Shown in pieces: positions 22,001 to 34,283 of a DNA stretch of 34,283 nt. The DNA lies in contig NW_014577078.1 in NCBI RefSeq assembly GCF_000485595.1, positions 501,524-535,806 of the forward strand, given 5' to 3'. The translations under genes and the position numbers were made by a program. How positions within the stretch are numbered: the stretch's first letter is position 1; each line of letters opens with the position of its first letter. The notes beneath the pieces were generated by a model, which did not search any database, was not told where the DNA came from, and was given only the letters and a program-made list of their open reading frames with translations. The DNA is from Priapulus caudatus. Taxonomy: Eukaryota.

Positions 22001-25000
22001 CTCACCATATATTCTGAAGAGCCCGGCATTATACCTGCATGCCACAGGACCGGGTGCATGACAATTTGTGTTGCTAGCAAATTATGCAAAAACCTCACGC
22101 AGTGACGAGCGTTTATACTAACATGATTCCAGATACGATTTCCTACAGCTATATCATATTTTATATAGATAACACTGTGCAGTCAGTGAATCAACGAACG
22201 CAAAACTAGTACGCACAAACTCGCAATACTACGACGCAGGCTGCATTTCTACTTCAGGCCTATGATATAAAAAAAAAGAAGGAAAATTAATAACCAATAT
22301 AGGAAACAACGAGCATGGGTTCAAATATAGAACAAGGCACGCATTGCACCGCACGCACCTCACGCACGCACTCACGCACTCACGCCACACAATCGATGCG
22401 CACTCGCTGGCACGCGCCCTCAGCACCAATTCACGCGTTGGTAAACGTTTTGTACACACGAAAGAATATAAGATTGCTAGTAGTTTGACCAACAACTATT
22501 CAGCGACCCATGTTACAACGGAAAAACGATAAATATAAAATGCGCTGACCAACAACTGGCAAGCAACAACGCATCCGTGCCATCAAAAACACAGGCGCTG
22601 CAGTCAATACAAAGAGAACTTACGGCTGTAACTCACACGCACACACACACATATATGCACGCACACACATGCCACGCACAACACACATACACGCTGTGCA
22701 CGCACACACACGCCGACACGCGTGCATTGCACACACACTCACGGCGGCTGCCGCACGCCACGTCACGCACATTACAACAAGCCAAACAACTGACCAGATA
22801 GACATCATCGCGGACAAAACTCCATCCCACTCATTACCCCCCACCCACCCACCAACCTTACCCCTGGATCACTGTCACACTGACCCCTTTTGTTTGCGGA
22901 AAATTTAGGCCGGGCCCGCTCTGTCGACTCGGTGTCCGCGGGGGATGACAAACGAAACTTACCACGCCACAACACGGCCGTACCGCACCGTAATAACTCA
23001 ATGATGACATTTCATGTCGCGTCTCGGCTGCTGCGCAGATCAAAGTTGAGCCACTCCGGCAAAAAAAATTATGCGCATCGTATCATTAGCTAATGCCATC
23101 AGCATATCATCCCCTCGGCGCATTAACCAGAGACGGATAATCCCCCGCGGTAACGACACGTGTAAGGGGCAGTGAGTGTGGCGTGAGGGGTCGGTGTGCG
23201 GACGGTGGCGGGTGACTAGAGAGCTGCGGAAGTATGTAAGAATAATGGGAGGGGGTATTATAGCAAAATTTCAGATTACCTAATATCTTAGGCCGATATG
23301 TTACGAGATGTGGCTCAGAGAAGGAAGAGGGCTGGAATATCACTTGAAAACATAACATCTACTAATCTCTTGGATCTTATGCAAAGAGCGATTACAAAAA
23401 ATAAACAATTTTCTAATAAAGAATTACATTCATTTACTAAGCGTAACTGGTTTAGGTTTACATTTTACAATACAAGCATTCCACATATTAATAACGCTGA
23501 TGCTGCAATAAGGCCTCAATTGTTTACGCAGCAATGCTGTACACCACTATATATATATATAATGTGCTTTGCGTTTTACAGTATTTTGACGTCGAGCATT
23601 GTTTAGACATACGATTTATTAAAGCCGTGATTTTCCTCAGGCCGTGCATTTCCTCAGCCATGTAATAAACGAATTACGGTAATAAAGCCAAACTTACTTC
23701 ATAAAAATCCATCTCACAAAATGTAAAATTTTTTCTATATAACATTTAAAGCTAGGCGCTGGAGAAAGAAGACCTGACATGCGGCTAGAATCACCACTGT
23801 GAAGATAATTACTGAGCAAAATAAATGTTGCGGATATATTGTCAGCTGAAACCGAAATCATTCCTCTAAATGTACTGCTCCAGATGGCTTATAAAAAATG
23901 CTTTTTAAATATTATAATATGGATCTATTATTTATTAAATTATATATATATTATATGTATGTGTGCCTGACGTACCTTTTCGGGGATGTGCGTGTGTGGT
24001 GCATGCATGTATGTATGCATGCGTAAACATATATCCACACGATACACGCCACGAATGCTGCTGATTAAGGGTGTTGGCTTTTCTGTCTCGCTAGATTTCC
24101 ATATGATAATTCCAAACAAATAAAGCGATCGGCATCATCATCTGTCACTGTTATGCCCAAACATACGGGCCGCCACCTACACGCCTACACACGGGTACAT
24201 GTTAGCTGTGTTGTAGTCAGTGTAGTGTTACCGTATGTACGCCACAGAGCAAACAGGTGCCGATGTCGTGTACGACAAGAAACGTCATTTGGTGTATGAA
24301 ATAACTATATTTACGTCATCCTGTTATACGTACTCTACTGAAAAATTTCAGAAGACCTAGGTATTGCCCACAACGAAGAGGTGGCCTTAATTATATGCGC
24401 TGTCACTTAATATTTAAAAAAAAATCTTAATCATGCCAAAATAACAGGTCGTTGTTTTTTTTCAATCTCAGCTCTTCGTTTCATTAAAGGTGAGATAGTA
24501 TGAGAGAATTATACAGCGTCATAATAAAATAAATTATTTAAAATAATTACACCGCAGTGTAAGCGCCAGCCGTGCGAGCATACAGCGCAGATCCGGCAGT
24601 AAAATTGGGTATCAGTGTATTACTAGTTGATAGATCATCTATACTCTCTCTCATCGCCTACTTTCATAATATATATACTCTGAATTCCAGCGACTGTCAT
24701 TCTGAGCACGCCACTGTTTTAATACATTTCTTACCACATTACATTTAATTCTACTTTTACTTTTAATTTTTACTTTACTAATTTGATTCTCAGGTTATGC
24801 TGTTGGAGCAATGATCAGCGTTACGGTGTGGTTATAGAGTAGCGGTTTAACCGTGATAACATAGCCGTCACGCAATGGTACGCGTTATAGATCTAGAAAC
24901 GCAGAACGATAACGCCCTAACTCGACTCTACGCGTTTAATATTATACCTCCTTCTGGGCTCTCCCACCTGCCGACCATAATGGCTACCAACAGGAGCGGC

Positions 25001-25845
25001 CTACTCCCTCCCCCGCACACACGGAGAGATGAGAAGAGAGAGAGAGAAGAGAAAGAAGCTTTCACCAGAGCACCGCATAGTGAAGGCAACAAATTCCCTT
25101 TACCGTGAGTCATCACGGGAACCCCCTACCACCCTTACACAAGTCAGCCCTCCCACCAGAGCGCCGCCAAATGTGCATACAACTTACGCCCTCCCCGCAC
25201 AACAACACACACACACACACACAAGTGCAACTCATCACCACGAGCACTGCATGATGAGGCACAAATTAACCCTTTACCGTGAGTCTCACGGGTAACCCCT
25301 CCCCTTACACAGTCCAGACCGTCCCACACAAGGAGCGCGCATGTGCATCAAACTACTCCCTCACCCGCACACACACCAACACACACACACAGCCTTCGAA
25401 CCTCTCACCCATGAGCCACGCATGTGAGGCAACAATTTCCTTTACCGCTGCAGTACTCACGGAGTAACCCCCTCCCCCCCTTACACTAAGTACAGCCTGC
25501 CCACCAGACGCGCCAGCATGTGCATTCAACTACTCCCTCCCCGCACACACACACACAGCAACACACACAGTGAACCTACTCACCAGAAGCCGCATGTGAG
25601 GCAAACAATTCCACTTACAGTGAGTTCTCACGCAGATAACCCCCTCCCCCTTACACAGGTCAGGCTCCCACCAGAGCGCGGCATGTGCATCAACTACTCC
25701 CTCCCCGCACACACAGTGAAGCTTCCACCAATGCACGACATAGTAGCAATTCCCTTTACAGAGGCTCACAGACGTAACGTACCCACCTCCCCTCAACGCT
25801 ACGTCAGCCCTCCATCAGGGCGCGCCGCGTGTAGCAAACAACCCC
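25001..25845. repeat. Same tandem repeat as 16158-16640 but with 5 units
   Basis: Unit starts at about 25001, 25183, 25353, 25530 and 25694. Confidence 0.9.
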
Positions 25846-27915
25846 ACTGACCACCCGCGAGCCCTGAAAAACCGAGTAGCCACTTCATCAGAATCTCCTA
25901 ATTAGAAAACACGAATGCAAGGACAATTGGCAGCACGCGAGCGCGCGCGTGAATAACTTACGTTTCTGCGGGCGGCACGGGGCAAAGACGAACGACTGGG
26001 TCTTGTATCAACAGCGGCAAGATGGCCGCGATGGCGGCCGCGTGCTACCGCGTGCGAGAGTTTTATGCTGGAAAACGGCTTACTAGGCATGCGTAAATGC
26101 GTTTTGATTGTGTTGTCCATTTGCTTTATCGCCGCGTTACATCTGTGTTGTGGTCGGACCAGCGCCACGACACCGCACCATACCTCCAGGAGGACGACAG
26201 CGCAATATACCTCGACGCCCGCGCGCAGTTGTTTTTTTTGCTCACGAGAAAAAAAATTACCATCCTTGTTTTAAAGAACGAACTTTGGTCGTTCTTTGCT
26301 GAGACAAGAATCTGAGCATGGATTAAATTACTACCGTCATGAACTTTCTGTGAATATGTTTTTTATTTTTGTTGCCATTTTTTTACATTAAAAGTAATAC
26401 GAACGCGCGACTAAAATGTATTGTCAAATTCTGACCTGAATAAGATTGTTTTCTCAACTAAGTTTAAAAATCCAAAAACCTGGACGCCATGGTCGATATT
26501 ATGATCCTGACATTAATTGCTTGCAATGGGCTATCCCCCGTGTATGAGTCACGAGCTGTATGTTTACATCGAACAATAGTTAAAATAGGAAGTATAATCG
26601 GAGCAATTAACCATAACAAGTGAACAGAATTACTTACAATTTGGCTCAAAAAAGTGAGATTTTTTTTTTACTTTTACTATTTACGCCCGTGACGTAATCA
26701 CTGGTTAATGGCGCGGTAGACTTCATTCCCGTACAACCCAGATTGATACCATAGAGCTGGAAATACTCTTTTCGGATGTTCAGTTTTTGTTGCTGGTAGC
26801 AGAGATTGAGGTACAGGCCAGCGGACGCTTGTCTCATTGTGGATGCCGCGGAGATTGTAGAGAACAGCCCGTTCGCGGCGCTAGCGCTTATTCGTGTTGC
26901 CGGAGATTGCGGGGAACAGCCGCTGCCCTCCCTGCTAGTGCGCCTCTCTTCGAATTAACCCGCCGCTAGACTAGCCAAGAGCAATAACGCGTACACACGA
27001 GTGGCGCCACCGTTCGCGTAGGCATCGCAAACGCGTAACCTAGCGTGAACTGTGACGAAGCACCGCCCGATTCCCACCGCCCCCCCGCCCGCTTCCATCG
27101 CGCGAAAATTGAACTGCGAGAAAAAATAAAAAAAATGAAAATCGGGCAAATTGAATCCAGACTCGGCACCCCGCACCGTCTGGGCGCGCCCGGTTCTGTG
27201 TGGCCCATTGTGTGCGCACCGGGCGCCCGCACCCGACGACAACCATTAATGGCCCATACCACCGCCGCCACCCGCGCGCCACTCTGCCTTATACTACCTT
27301 ACTTTATAGGCCGTCTGACAAACACAGACGGCGCAGTGCCAGCGCAACACCGCTTCGTACCTCGTTAAACGAGATAGCCTACCTGCGCAGATAGATTCAG
27401 AGAGCCTCACTGCGCTGTGAGCGAACAATAGCGGCAGCATTTAGATAGCGCGCTGCGCGATATTAAGCCGTTTAATAGTTATATGGTACGTCGAAGGCAA
27501 ACGACGTTTCGAGCGTTTCGTTCGATCGAGAAGCCGAAAAAAAGCCCAAGGCTAACCGTTTGGGGCTTTCTATACAGCGCGAGAGAGAGCAGGGGCAATT
27601 GTTCGTACGCGGGGAGCCACGGCCGCGCCGCGGTAACATTTTATGTGCGTCACATGAAAGCGCGCCCGCTGTTACAACAAATCACATTCGCTGTGCAAAG
27701 AAGCGCGCACGCTACCGCGTGCACACCGACACACTACAGAAATAATGTAGGAGCATGTATTATGTATATTACCATTATATAGAAAGCGACACATCTGTGC
27801 CATACCCCGGATATACAGACACTAAGCGTGCACAATACACTGCCGCTTAACAAACAGCGCATATCTGTATAGCGTTCATATTGTGTATATATATATATAT
27901 ATATATAATATATAT

Positions 27916-27963
<48 letters not shown>

Positions 27964-28176
27964 ATATATATATAGAGAGACGAGAGAGAGAGAGAGAGAG
28001 AGACGATGATGAGAGAGAGAGCATCCGAGAGAGAGCAGAGAAGAGAGAGAGAGAGAGACGCGAGACCCGTGTTGCGCTCACACACATCTATCTCACATAC
28101 AAATGCCGCCATATATTTTATAGGCGGCCAAAAGGACACACTGGTTGCATGGCGCACTACTTGCGATGTAATCAGT

Positions 28177-28316
28177 GGGGGTGGGGGGGGGCGGGGGGGG
28201 GGGCGGTGCTGGCGGGGGGGGGGGGGGGGGGGGGGTGGGGGGTGGGGGGGCGGGGGGGGGGGGGGGGCGGGGGGGGGGGGGGGGGGGGGGGGGGGCGGGG
28301 GGGGGGGGGGGGGGGG
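28177..28316. other. 140-bp near-homopolymeric G run, probable sequencing artefact
   Basis: Absent from copy 1, where GTAATCAGTGATCGCAACGTG is contiguous (about 18742-18762). Confidence 0.8.
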
Positions 28317-28911
28317 TCCGCAACGTGCTGGACGTTAAATCACATAAGACGATTCGAGGACGCGCGAAGACATCTCGACGAAGCATTTAAAATCAGTTTA
28401 CGAAGACACTTTCAGTTTCACTCGCGTCGGTTTGAAATACGTTAAAAAGAATTTAATTAATTGGTAATGCGACGCTTATGTATATCGAGGATTTGCGCGC
28501 TTAGAAATTTCGACAAAAAAATTTATCGAGTACATAATCACTCCTCTCACTGTATTCGGAAATTCACACTCACGATTGTGCAGTTCACACTCGACGATTG
28601 TGCCAGTCATATTCACCATTGTGCCGTCAAATTAACGACTGCTTGAGATCACAACGAACAGGCGCGCCTCACTCATTATCGTGAAACACAGCCCACGATT
28701 CATGCACAGTTGACCGCTCAGTATGTACGCATCAGCCACGCCTCACGCTCACGCCAGCCGCACACTTTCACACCACACACTCTCTGCTTATCCACAGAAC
28801 GCACGCCACGCACGCGCGCACACACCACATCAACGCAGCTCACGCTTGTGATCAGCACACGCACTTCGTGATCGTGAAGCCACAGCAACGACCATCAGTC
28901 GCACCCCCCCC

Positions 28912-28933
28912 GCACACCACACACCACACAAAC

Positions 28934-29008
<75 letters not shown>

Positions 29009-29047
29009 CGCACGCACGCACGCACGCACGCACGCGCGCGCGCGCGC
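28912..29047. repeat. (CA)n-(GCAC)n-(GC)n microsatellite
   Basis: Read directly; abuts the right end of the duplication. Confidence 0.96.
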
Positions 29048-29186
29048 AGTCCCACTCACGTCCACGCACCGCGCACGCACTCACGACAAACGCCTGACTC
29101 GTTATATTACCGACAAACGAAAAAGAACCTCCCCGAGAATCACGTACCGAGCAGCAAGTAATATACACGACTGGCTGCGCTTGCTT

Positions 29187-29480
29187 GCTCACCTCACCCG
29201 TCGACCCACTTCCCAGAAGCGCGCGCGCACGGGCGCTGCCGAAGATAGAAGAAGAGAGCGCGGGGCGAAGAAGCGGATGGCGCCTGCGCCGCGTAAGGGC
29301 GGTATTTAACGCCCCGTAATATGACATCGGGGGGGGGGGGGATTAGGGGCGAGCGAACAGCAACAAGCGAGAGCGGCGGCAGCAGCATAGCAGCGGCGGC
29401 GCGCCGGACATCACGCCAATCAGGCCGCCCAACGGGGGTCGTTACGATTTACGGTCGTCGTAATTTAATTCACGTCAACA
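29187..29480 (-). promoter_or_regulatory. Candidate minus-strand promoter and non-coding first exon in a CpG island
   Basis: TTAAATA on the minus strand (29303-29309); CA initiator with the A at 29278, 31 nt downstream; splice donor GAG|GTGAGC (intron from 29192); GCCAATCAG at 29415-29423; GTTACGATTTACGGTCGTCGTAATTTAATT at 29441-29470. Confidence 0.35.
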
Positions 29481-31074
29481 ACGACGGCGCGAGCTTATAC
29501 TGCCTGTGTCTGCGGCCGCCGTCGAGACGCGGTAAAGACTTGAGGAAAGCAGCAGCGAACGCCGCCGCCGCGCGGCCGGGCCCGTGCCGCCGCGTCGCCG
29601 GCAAAAAACGCGCGGCGGCGATGGCGGCGGCGGCGTCTAGCGCATGGGGGCTCATACTGCCTAGTGCCTACCGAATTACGCAAACACGTATAGGCGGTGT
29701 TGTTGTTGTCTCGCGTTATCGCTCGAACCCGCTCACCGACGACGACCTCCCCAGCAGAACAATATAAGGAAATAAACGCTCGGCTTCAGGAACGGGGTTC
29801 GTATATTCCTGCATGCGCGCGCGCGTTTTATTGCGCGATATTGCGGGCCACTTTACAAGCGGACAATAATGGTAGGAGACTGACGGCGAGATACACGTAC
29901 GCCGCGCCGCGTGAGCCGATGCGTACAATACGTGCACGTATATATATATATATATATGCGCACGAACGCATTTGCTTCGGCTGTAACCATTCAATATTAC
30001 TAACGGTATACAACCGATGTTTTAGACATTGCATGTGCAGGAAACGACGGCGAGAGGCATGAGAGGCTAGGCTAATCATATGCAAAAACTTACGTTCGCA
30101 GTTAGCAGCACTGTATATAAAACAAATCATTATCCCAACCGTAATCACAAAGGATCAAACGTGAATCCCACCGCCGAGATAACATAAAACTGGGTTCTGC
30201 CATATAAAATAACCAAAAGTAACGCGAACACAAAGTCATGTGCCGATAAAATCAAACCATGCAAAGTAAAATATATCTTAGACATCGCGCAATTTAAAAC
30301 ATCAAGTGATTCATCTATACGTAGCAAATCACGTTGTAATATAATAACAACAACGAGAGATCGTCTGAACGCACACTTAATGTTAATGTCCGCCACATCA
30401 GCATTAGATACAATCAAGTACAATACCACTCACACGAAGTTATGAATGCTATACGAATATTAAAAGCTAACCTAACATCAGCATCGTAGTTACTGTTACT
30501 TATTCAAACTTGTGTTTGCAAAATGGTAACGAATTGGTAGCGAATGTATCAAACAATAAATGATTCAGCGATCGTGACAACTGACGGACATGCAAACAAA
30601 TGTGCCTACGCATTCTATGTTCGCGTCTGGCCTAGCGTTTAGAATGGCCCCGGGGGTGGCTGTACATTCACTGCCTGTCATATCTGTCACACCGCAGTGA
30701 TGCCCTCGTTAAGTTTGCCAGCGCACAAGTCAGGCAGAAATTCAATCGCGCAGAGTGTATGAAGGGAAACATTTACTAGCAAGCAGCGCAGACAGTATAG
30801 ATTACTATATAACATTACGTTATCAGCCCTATCGATAGTCATCTGTGCTGCACGATATTCGCACCTGTATAGTAAATGTAGGTGTGCGTACGTGCTGGCA
30901 TAGCTGGGGGAAACACCTACTAGCACGTATATGAGAGTTTATTGTGGTTGATTGGCATCGTTATGCGGGGATATATAGGCGTTTAACCTGAAAGTTGGTT
31001 ATACGCTATTTCTTGACCTATCTTCGTTTTCTCGGTCGGTCTCTTTGCAACCACCTATCTCCACCCTCTCTTCC

Positions 31075-31243
<169 letters not shown>

Positions 31244-31599
31244 CCAAACCCTTTCTCCTCCAAACCCTTTCTCAGCCCCTCGACACACTAAAACACCCTC
31301 GTGAGTGCAAATAAAATGACAAATGTTCACGTATGTTTAGATCACAGCGTACGACGTGTAACTCGCATCACCGGTTCTCTCGTATCAGAAGAATCACCAC
31401 CAGCCAGTAGCAGGAGAACATGGAAGAAGGACGGGATTATTTAAGGGTAATTGCACTTTTAATATAATTAAAATGGGTATTTGTACTTTTGTTTCTTTTG
31501 TTTTTATTTACCTTTTGTTTTTTTAAGAGGTAATCGCCGGATTAGGGTAATTGCACTGACGGTTTTTGCCGTGGCAGCGTTTAGCCGACTCTCGCGCAC

Positions 31600-32110
31600 C
31601 GCGTCCCTCCATTAACGAACAAACCGTCCTTCCTCCATGCGTCCCTCCTCTAACTCCATCCTTTAACTCCCTCCTCTACCAAACCGTCCCTCCTCTAACT
31701 CCTTCCTCTACCAAGCCGTCCCTCTTCCACGCATCCATTCTCTAACTCCCTCCTCCAACCAACCGTCCATCCTCTAACTCCCTGCCCTAACAAATCGTCC
31801 CTCCTCCACGCGTCTCTCCTCTAACTCCCTCCTCCACGCGTCCCTCCTCTAACTCCCTCCTCCACGCGTCCCTCCTCTAACTCCCTCCTCCACGCGTCTC
31901 TCCTCTAACTCCCTCCTCCACGCGCCCCTCCTCTAACTCCCTCCTCCACGCGTCCTCTCTCTACCTCGCCTCCGCCCACCGTCCGCTCCTCTAACTCGCC
32001 TCCCCCACGCGGCTCTCGCTCTAACGCCCTCCTCCACGCGCGCTCTCCTCTAACTCCCTCTCCACAGCGTCTGCTCCTCTAACATCCCTCCTCCACCGTC
32101 CGCTCCACTC
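31600..32110. repeat. 28-bp C-rich minisatellite
   Basis: Unit CCCTCCTCCACGCGTCCCTCCTCTAACT; diverged ...ACCAAACCGT... variants on the left, homogeneous at about 31800-31950, noisy on the right. Confidence 0.93.
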
Positions 32111-32407
32111 GAAGCTGCCTCTGACTAAGCATGCCTCCTCTTAACTATAACACGCCATGTTTTCAGCACGCTCGCTGTGTGCGCGCGTCGCTGGCGTGCC
32201 ACGATTATCGTCGCAACTGATCGGCCCCGACGCCGCCGACGCTCGCCGCCACATGTGAGCACAACGCGGCGGCCGTGGCGGCCGTGCGGAAGAAGAGAAG
32301 GCGTCTGCCGCAGGCAAGCAGCGAGTTCGGCGGCGCAAGTGCACCGCGGATGTATAGCTGCCGGCTAATGCACGACCGCCGCTCCCAAGACCAGCGCGGC
32401 GAGCCGG

Positions 32408-32911
32408 TCTCTATCTCTCGTCTTGCTCTCTCTCTCTTCTCTGCTCCCTCTCTCTCTCTCTCTCTCTTCTCTCTCTGCTCTCTTTCTCTCATCTCTCATC
32501 GTCCTCTCTGCACTCTCTCTCATCTCTCTTCTCGTGCTCGTCTCTCATCTCTCTCATCTCTGTCTGCCTCTCTCCTCTCTCTCTCTCTCCTCTCTTCTCT
32601 CTCTTCTCTTCCTTCTCTCTCTTCTCTGTCCTTTCTACTCATCTCTCTCTTCTCTCCTCTCTCCTCTCCCGTCTCTCTCTCTCTTCTTCTCTCTCTCTCT
32701 CCTCGTTCTCTCCCTCTTCTCCTCTCTCTCTCTCTCTCTCTCTCTCGCATCTCCTATCTCTCCCTTCTCTCTCTCTCTCTCTCCTTCATCTCTCTCTCTC
32801 TCTCTCCTTTCTCTCTCTCTCTCTCTCTCCTCTCTCTCGTCTCTCTCTCTTCTCTCCTTCTCTCTNNNNNNNNNNNNNNNNNNNNNNNNNCTCTCTCTCT
32901 CTCTCTCTCTC

Positions 32912-32979
<68 letters not shown>

Positions 32980-32992
32980 GTCTGTCTCTCTC
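32408..32992. repeat. (CT)n tract, noisy, containing a 25-N gap (32866-32890)
   Basis: Read directly. Confidence 0.95.
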
Positions 32993-33179
32993 AATGGTAG
33001 CCTTTATGCGTGCCGTGAGTCAAATGGCACCACTCGTTGGCTGCTATGAGCTTTTTCCATTAAAAGAAGTCAGCAAATAAAACACAAGATAGTAGATACA
33101 TTCCCTGAGAGTTATATTTACCAAAAGGATTTCCTAGACCTAATGGCGTAAATGCGCGCCACATGTGTAGCAGCAGTGC

Positions 33180-33262
33180 GAGAAAGAGGGGGGGGGGGGA
33201 GAGATGGGGAAGGCGAGAGGAAGAGTGAGAGAGAGATAGAATGTGAGAAGAAGAAGGGAATG

Positions 33263-33300
<38 letters not shown>

Positions 33301-33306
33301 AGAGAA
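33180..33306. repeat. (GA)n polypurine tract
   Basis: Read directly. Confidence 0.92.
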
Positions 33307-33412
33307 AGCACGATCAGGCAACTAACGAGCCCTATAGCTAGGGCAACGTAATAAGCCAAAGACGGCATATACTGCCGACCAGACTCAGGGCCCGGTAACA
33401 GACATTATGACG

Positions 33413-33626
33413 CATCTACAACTGCAGAGTAAATACGATGTTATCAAAACCAAAACGATTCGCAGCAAGCAACACTTGTAGCGCTGGATTAACTGCGATT
33501 TACTCGCGTGTGTGTTTTGTCACTGTAGAGTGAGCTTGCTGCGTGGTATAGCCTGCCGAATTATTTACTTTTAGGGCAGTTGTCCGAACCATCCTGAAGC
33601 TAGGGCAAAAGTGAGAACCATGATAA
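33413..33626 (-). repeat. Inverted, diverged copy of the dispersed repeat at 10941-11160 / 19563-19782
   Basis: Reverse complement aligns from TTATCATGGT to GTTGTAGATG with scattered substitutions and a few indels. Confidence 0.9.
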
Positions 33627-34283
33627 TACCAAGGTAACTATGGCATTCCAAAATGCACGTCTTCTGATATATTTTTATACGGGTTTATATATCTTCACGG
33701 TTGGCGCCTTCACTCGTGTTGCCTCTTGCAGTGGCGACGCGTGTTACGCGTTTTATGACATATTTTGCCCGCGTTACACAGCGGGCGCCTATACTTCTAA
33801 ACAGTGAAATGGTAAAGGCTTGCTGGAATGTTTTATACTTTATAATTAGCTTCAGTTATATTAGTTCCCGCATATGATACAATACAAGTATGATACTATA
33901 TGGTATTGATATATGGTACTATACCAAATGTGAATTTTTTACAATTAAATTTTAGTTGGTGATGAATATAATATCACTTTTTCTATTAGCACCTGGTCGG
34001 AAACGTGCAAGGATGAAATTACATAGTACATATTTCCTAGTCATGGCTATCAGTAATAGCACATAAGAAAGATAATCGTCCATAGCAAATACCAGTAAGT
34101 TTTAAATAAATAATTTTATTCATTTCTCGTTGATATAATAAAAACTGGTTTATAGCATTAAAGGCATAATTCGACCATCGATTATGCAAAGTTGACGAAT
34201 GCTACAGTAACTGGCACCTTGTGTAGTTAATAAGTACATTACCTTATAGCCAAACGCGTATTAGTTTGTCCAATATCACTGCT

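Larger units (their letters stand above)
19320..28910. repeat. Tandem duplication copy 2 (clean to about 20575, then indel-riddled)
   Basis: Collinear with 10698-19319 but about 970 bp longer, from scattered 1-2-bp insertions, two extra VNTR units and a poly-G insertion. Confidence 0.97.

Noticed and set aside
28006..28445. Poly-Gly/poly-Pro ORFs and apparent G-quadruplex tract
   Set aside because: Caused by a poly-G insertion absent from the clean copy; likely a read artefact.
32275..33049. Leu/Ser-rich 208-241 aa ORFs
   Set aside because: Translation of a (CT)n tract. The same applies to the THTH, RERE, CVCV and YIYI ORFs throughout the track.

Overview
Non-coding animal genomic DNA: CpG-rich, microsatellite-dense, with three N gaps. 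The composition reminds me of lamprey, but I cannot establish the organism from the sequence. No protein-coding gene, rRNA, tRNA, miRNA or CRISPR array is recognisable; the long ORFs in the track arise from simple repeats, minisatellites or GC-rich sequence. The dominant structure is an 8.6-kb tandem duplication (10698-19319 / 19320-28910). Its second copy is clean for about 1.25 kb and then looks like an uncorrected long read, so it is probably two haplotypes placed in tandem by the assembly. Best-supported smaller features: a 449-bp foldback element with a perfect 8-bp target-site duplication (1572-2020), a minus-strand tRNA-derived SINE (3555-3780), two tiny palindromes with related ends, three minisatellites/VNTRs and an inverted dispersed repeat. 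More tentative: a Helitron relic, clusters of posterior-Hox/Cdx/TALE/TCF/Sox motifs, and a minus-strand CCAAT-TATA-initiator-splice-donor promoter near 29.2-29.5 kb. I found no convincing new biological system; the best leads are the palindromic elements and the candidate regulatory architecture.
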